Assembly (NCBI GenBank): GCA_016699935.1
Contig: CP064992.1
Span: 960,001 to 992,000 of the forward strand
From: Candidatus Saccharimonadota bacterium
Lineage (GTDB): Bacteria; Patescibacteriota; Saccharimonadia; Saccharimonadales; UBA4665
Direction of reading: 5' to 3'
Length of the DNA stretch: 32,000 nt
The notes beneath the pieces were generated by a model. The model had not been told where the DNA came from and ran no database searches. It saw only the letters and a list, made by a program, of their open reading frames with translations. The first letter of the stretch is position 1, and every line of letters begins with the position of its first letter. The position numbers were made by a program, and so were the translations under genes. This document shows, piece after piece, positions 27,754 through 32,000 of the stretch.

Positions 27754-28927
27754 CTAGTTGACCGAGCTACAAACGGGACACAGGTCTTCGCGCTCAAAGG
27801 TGCTTGTCCATTGGACGGCAGCATCTTTCAGTGAAAGGATATCGGTATATGCGTGAAAGTCAGCGGCATATCTAAGCAAAGCAGCAATACGACCGTGAAT
27901 ATGGACATCTTTCCATAGCATCGAAGCCCAATCAGGCCCGACCGGTGTGACATAGGCAGGTTCCTTCGGACGGTACGCGAGCTTTGGCCGTCCGTCGTGT
28001 TCACATGCAAAATTGTGGGCGATGAACTCTGCATCGTAGAGCGCGGTTTGTGCCATACCGCTGAAGGGTGTTTCGGCATTATCGCCTATGACAAATATGT
28101 CTTTGTCGCCTTCGGCACGTAAAAACTCATCGACGAGTACCTTTTTTCGGGCACTGAGCGTGAAATCTTTATCGGTGAAAAATGGATTGTTTGCAACTCC
28201 GGCTGTCCAGACGATGGTGTGGCTGCGGATTGGTTTGCCCGACACATTGAGCTCTTCGCTGCTGGCACCCTCGACCTTACTGTTCAGATACAGCTTGACT
28301 CCAAGTTTGCGGAGTCGGCGTTCTATGGTACGGCCGATAGGTTTGGGTAGGCGTGGCATCAGGTGTGGCATGGCTTCAACGAGATCGATGTGGACTGCTC
28401 GATTGCGAATGGCGTGTTTGGCCATGATATCACGCAAGTATGAGCCAAGTGCCCCAGCCAATTCTATGCCGGTAGGCCCGCCACCGACGATGACGTAGTT
28501 GAGGTCTGGTTCGTCCTCGGCGATGAGTTGAGCGTGGAGGTGTCGTTTGAAACGCTCGGCGTCATCAATGCTTTTTATGCCGTAGGTGTTTTCTGCAAGG
28601 CCAGGGATGCCGAAATAGTTGGTAACAACTCAACCGCAACGACAAGTTTGTCGTACTGGAGTGGTGCGGCGATGCCTTCCAGTTTCAACTGTTTTTTAGC
28701 TCTGTCGAGTTTGTCGGCTTTTCCTATAAGAATCCGCACCGGGTCATCGCCAAATATTTGCTCAAGTGGTACAGTCGACTGCTCGCTACTCCCACCAGTC
28801 GCTGTTTCGTACATGGTTGGGTAATAGAAAAATCTGGCCTTTCAGAAACCAGCGTCACCTCAAGTTGGACCTGTTTCGCAAGCTCAAGCGCAGTCCGAAC
28901 GCCACCAAACCCCCCACCTACAATCAC
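27754..28927 (-). CDS. ndh: Type II NADH dehydrogenase (NDH-2) / FAD-dependent pyridine nucleotide-disulfide oxidoreductase, with at least two frame errors
   Basis: The N-terminus is IVGGGFGGVRTALELAK (28724..28927). The middle reads YDKLVVAV.. and then, by own translation, VTNYFGIPGLAENTYGIKSIDDAERF and LNYVIVGGGPTGIELAGALGSY. The C-terminus has IFVIGDNAE...GMAQTALYDAEFIAHN (27754..28461). Confidence 0.8.
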
Positions 28928-29041
28928 GATTTTTGTCTTGGACCTGATTTTACATCTGTCATATTCACCTCATTGTATCAGTAAGCATAAGCTCAACGCT
29001 AGCTATTTTCCTTGGTTTGCGCGTGTGTTAAGCTTAAGCGT

Positions 29042-30699
29042 ATGGATGGGCTCAAAGAAAAACTAGTCAAGCATGGGTTCTTGGGTGGGCTCGATGATTC
29101 ACCCGAGGCAAAAGAATTCTATAGTCACGATGCTAGTATGTTTGAGTTACGGCCGCAGCTCGTCGCGCAGCCAAAAGATGCCGTCGATGTCCAGCGGCTG
29201 GTACGGTTTGTGGCTTCGAACAAAAAGAAACATCCGGAGCTTTCCTCACTGGCCGCGCTGCTGGTACAGACATGGCAGGTGGCGCTATCAATGAATCCAT
29301 CATCGTTGATTTTGCAAAACATTTTACGCACATCGGACCTATCAATGGTCTGAGTGGTACTGCTCAACCTGGTGTATTCTACCGCGATTTTGAACGTGAA
29401 ACGCTCAAGAAACATGTGCTCATGCCCTCGTATCCGGCGAGTCGTGATATGTGCCAGATTGGTGGGATTACGGCGAATAACTCAGGTGGAGAGAAATCGC
29501 TTGAGTATGGCAAGGTCGAGAATTTCGTAACTGAACTAAAGGTAGTTTTGCCGACGGCAAAGAGTATACAGTTAAGCCGCTCAATAAAAACAGCTTCAAG
29601 CCAAGATTAATCAGGGTGACTATGAGGGCAAACTGTACCAGCGTATCTACAACCTTTGCGAAGATCACTACGATATGATTAAAGAAGCCAAACCTGGGGT
29701 TACTAAAAATAGCATGGGCTATTCGCTGTGGCGAGTATGGGATCGTGAGACGGGTATCTTTGACCTTGGTCAGCTTATTGTTGGTTCGAAGGGACGCTCG
29801 GGCTTGTGACTGAGACCACATTCCGGCTTGTACCTGCCAGGCCGCATTCAGGGCTACTCGTGTTGTTCCTGAAAAATATTAAGCATCTGGGTGATATTGT
29901 GCCGAAAGTGCTCGAGCATAAACCAGCCACGTTTGAGAGTTTCGATGATCAAACCCTGCTTTTGAGCCTGCGATTCATGCCTGCTTTTTATAAACGGCTT
30001 GGGTTCAAAAAGTTTGTGCATTTGCTCTGGAGCCTAATACCCGACGGTTTGCAGTTGCTGCGCGGTGTACCAAAGCTCATTCTCATGGTGGAGTTCAACG
30101 GTGAGACAGAGGAAGAAGTTCGCGCCAAAGTGAGTGCCTTGCACCGAGACCTCGGCAAATTCCATGCTCGGTACGAGATAAATGGTTTTGAAGAGGATCC
30201 TACAGAAGGAAAAAGTGAGAAGTTCTGGGTGATGCGTCGATACAGTTTCCAGATACTCCGCAGCAAGGTGAAGGATAAGCACACAGCTCCGTACATCGAC
30301 GATTTTGTTGTGCCGCCGAAGCATTTGGTTGAGTTTCTTCCAGCACTTCAGAAAATCATTAAAAAGTACAAATTGTTTGCCACAATAGCCGGGCATATGG
30401 GCGATGGTAACTTCCATGTGATCCCACTTATGAAAATTGAAGATGATCGTGAGCGCAAAAAAATCGAGCCATCTCAGCGAGAAGTCAATAACCTTGTACT
30501 GAAGTACGGCGGTAGCCTAAGCGGTGAGCACAATGATGGCTTGGTGCGAGGCCCATGGCTCGAGGCTCAGTTTGGAAAGCCTGTGCTTGCGCTATTTAAA
30601 CAAGTCAAAGACATATTTGACCCAGAAAACATCTTCAACCCACAAAAAACCGACGCCACGTGGGATTACTCCTACAGCCACATCCGAGAACATTTCTAA
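29042..30699 (+). CDS. FAD-linked oxidase (GlcD/D-lactate dehydrogenase-like), split into several frames
   Basis: The FAD_binding_4-like part reads PQLVAQPKDAVDVQRLVRFV...GAINESIIVDF...AQPGVFYRDFERETLK...IGGITANNSGGEKSLEYGKVENFVTELKVV. The C-terminal part reads GSLSGEHNDGLVRGPW...VKDIFDPENIFNPQK (29806..30699). The start is placed at the ATG at 29042. Confidence 0.75.
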
Positions 30700-30859
30700 A
30701 ACACAAATTTTTTTCACACGCCTGAGTTACAAGCATCACGTTTCGCTGTAGTTGTTCTTGCCTGCCAGTTACCGTTTGTCCGAGAAACGGCTCCCAAACA
30801 ACTTTATGTCATAGAAGCATAGCCGCTTTCTATGTGCTGGTGTACAATTATGCGTAAGC

Positions 30860-31877
30860 ATGATGAAGGGGTTTAAGCGAGTTGCAGCGGATATGTCCCG
30901 GGTGAAAGTCCCCGCTGTTCCACGTGTGTCCCGGACGAAAATGACCGTTTTGTGGCTCGTGGGTGGGGCGCTCGTGGTAGGTTTGCTTGTGGTGCTATCT
31001 CTGAACCATTCGTTTCCACTTTTGCAGACACGCGGTGAAATAGCGAACCGGCAGCGCGATTTGCTGGTATTTGCGACGGCGCTGGCACTGCTTGTGCTGG
31101 TGCCGGTGTACTTCATGATATTTACGTTTGCCTGGCGGTACCGAGCGGGGCACAAACAAGATTACAAGCCAGAGTGGGACACGCACAAAGGGTATGAGGC
31201 GCTCTGGTGGGGTATACCTATTGCCATCATTAGCGTGCTCGCCGTCGTGACGTGGGTGACTAGCCATAGTTTGGACCCATTCAAGCCACTTGCCAGCAGC
31301 CAAAAACCACTGCAAGTGCAGGTGGTGGCGCTACAATGGAAGTGGCTGTTTATCTACCCTGAACAAGGTGTCGCAAGCGTGAACGAAGTGGCCTTCCCCG
31401 CTAGCCGACCAGTGGAATTCACCATGACGAGCGATGCGCCGATGAATAGCTTCTGGATACCGCAGCTTGCAGGCCAAATTTACGTTATGAGTGGCATGTC
31501 GACCAAACTGCACGTGGTGGCCGATGTACCGGGCGTGTACCAGGGGATGTCGTCGAATATCAGCGGTAAAGGCTTTGCCGACATGAAGTTTAAAGGCGCG
31601 GGCAATGACCGCACGTGATTTTGACTCGTGGATAGCTACTGCATACGCTAACGAGCAGTTAACACAAGAGCGTTACGATATGCTCACCAAACCAAGTACG
31701 AACACGGTTTCGTACTTTCGCGCGCAAGATCAGACTGTCTATGACAATGTTATCATGAAGTATATGCATAGTACGGCGCCAAATGAAGTGAAAGCATTAG
31801 AGAATAAAGCACCATCCCGCGCGGGTAATGGAATGAAATTGGGCACCACATGGAGGGCATGCACCAATGAGCTATGA
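30860..31877 (+). CDS. cyoA: Cytochrome bo/aa3-type quinol oxidase subunit II, with a frameshift near 31600
   Basis: QVQVVALQWKWLFIYPEQGVASVNEVAFPASRPVEFTMTSDAPMNSFWIPQLAGQIYVMSGMSTKLHVVADVPGVYQGMSSNISGKGFADMKFK tracks E. coli CyoA closely by recall ([22 protein letters not shown]...MNSFFIP...GMKFK). It lacks CuA cysteine ligands, which points to a quinol oxidase. The C-terminal part continues in ORF 31605..31877. The exact stop is uncertain, because an alternative frame ends GHHMEGMHQ at 31869. Confidence 0.85.
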
Positions 31878-31953
31878 CTTACGAGACATGAGACAAAAAG
31901 CTTCGCGCATAAGTACTCCATTACTCATGACTCATGACTCATGTCTCATGACT
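31865..31953. repeat. Heptamer-repeat hairpin element in the cyoA-cyoB spacer
   Basis: The right arm is five tandem 7-nt units, tactcat gactcat gactcat gtctcat gactctc (31921-31955). The left arm is aatgagctatgacttacgagacatgagac. gagacatgag (31882-31891) is exactly complementary to ctcatgtctc (31937-31946). Confidence 0.6.
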
Positions 31954-31970
31954 CTCCAGGGAGGTATACG

Positions 31971-32000
31971 ATGATTTTTGCTGATCTGCTTGGGAAGATG
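31971..32000 (+). CDS. cyoB: Probable start of quinol oxidase subunit I (only 10 codons in the window)
   Basis: A gggagg box lies 6 nt upstream of the ATG, and the ORF MIFADLLGKM.. sits directly after cyoA. The assignment rests on position alone. Confidence 0.4.
   Translation, partial: MIFADLLGKM

Overview
This is a gene-dense bacterial window, read by eye and by hand translation only, with no database searches. The gene content and style resemble a small Saccharibacteria/CPR-type genome, but that is inference. The main blocks are as follows.

- **Cell-envelope sugar genes (1-3962):** two GT2 glycosyltransferases, a membrane-anchored TIM-barrel glycosidase, and a decayed tandem paralog of that glycosidase.
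- **Seven-gene minus-strand cluster (4062-8084):** thermonuclease, GNAT, CDA-fold deaminase, DAGK-family lipid kinase, CobA-type adenosyltransferase, a second GNAT and a glutaredoxin.
- **ABC1/UbiB-type kinase (8146-10029):** flanked by two paralogous small membrane proteins.
- **guaA and guaB (10038-12813):** guaB lacks the CBS (Bateman) domain.
- **Complete F1Fo ATP synthase operon (12930-20070):** atpZ-like, B, E, F, H, A, G, D, C, with a four-helix-bundle (23S-IVS/Avd-like) gene inserted between atpG and atpD.
- **AT-rich two-gene hypothetical island (about 20080-21990).**
- **MIP channel (21993-22792),** followed by a 730-bp repeat-rich, highly structured non-coding region between convergent genes.
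- **UvrD-type helicase with a C-terminal PD-(D/E)XK nuclease,** next to a PaaX/Cas2-fold regulator-like gene.
- **Respiratory genes (27754-32000):** NDH-2, an FAD-linked oxidase and the start of a cyoAB quinol oxidase operon.

About one third of the genes, including essential ones, are split by single-base frame changes. Several of these lie at homopolymers, so I read them as assembly indels and annotate merged gene spans.

The observations most worth follow-up are:
- heptamer-repeat hairpin elements in operon-internal spacers, one of which carries the four-helix-bundle gene
- a duplicated 36-37 bp palindrome upstream of both the helicase gene and the PaaX-like gene
- a perfect 22-bp inverted repeat bracketing the 5' end of the glycosidase gene, with in-frame alternative N-termini (inverton-like)
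- an unidentified structured RNA candidate at 23037-23509
- a recurrent promoter layout in which a TAnnnT box sits directly upstream of the start codon (leaderless)
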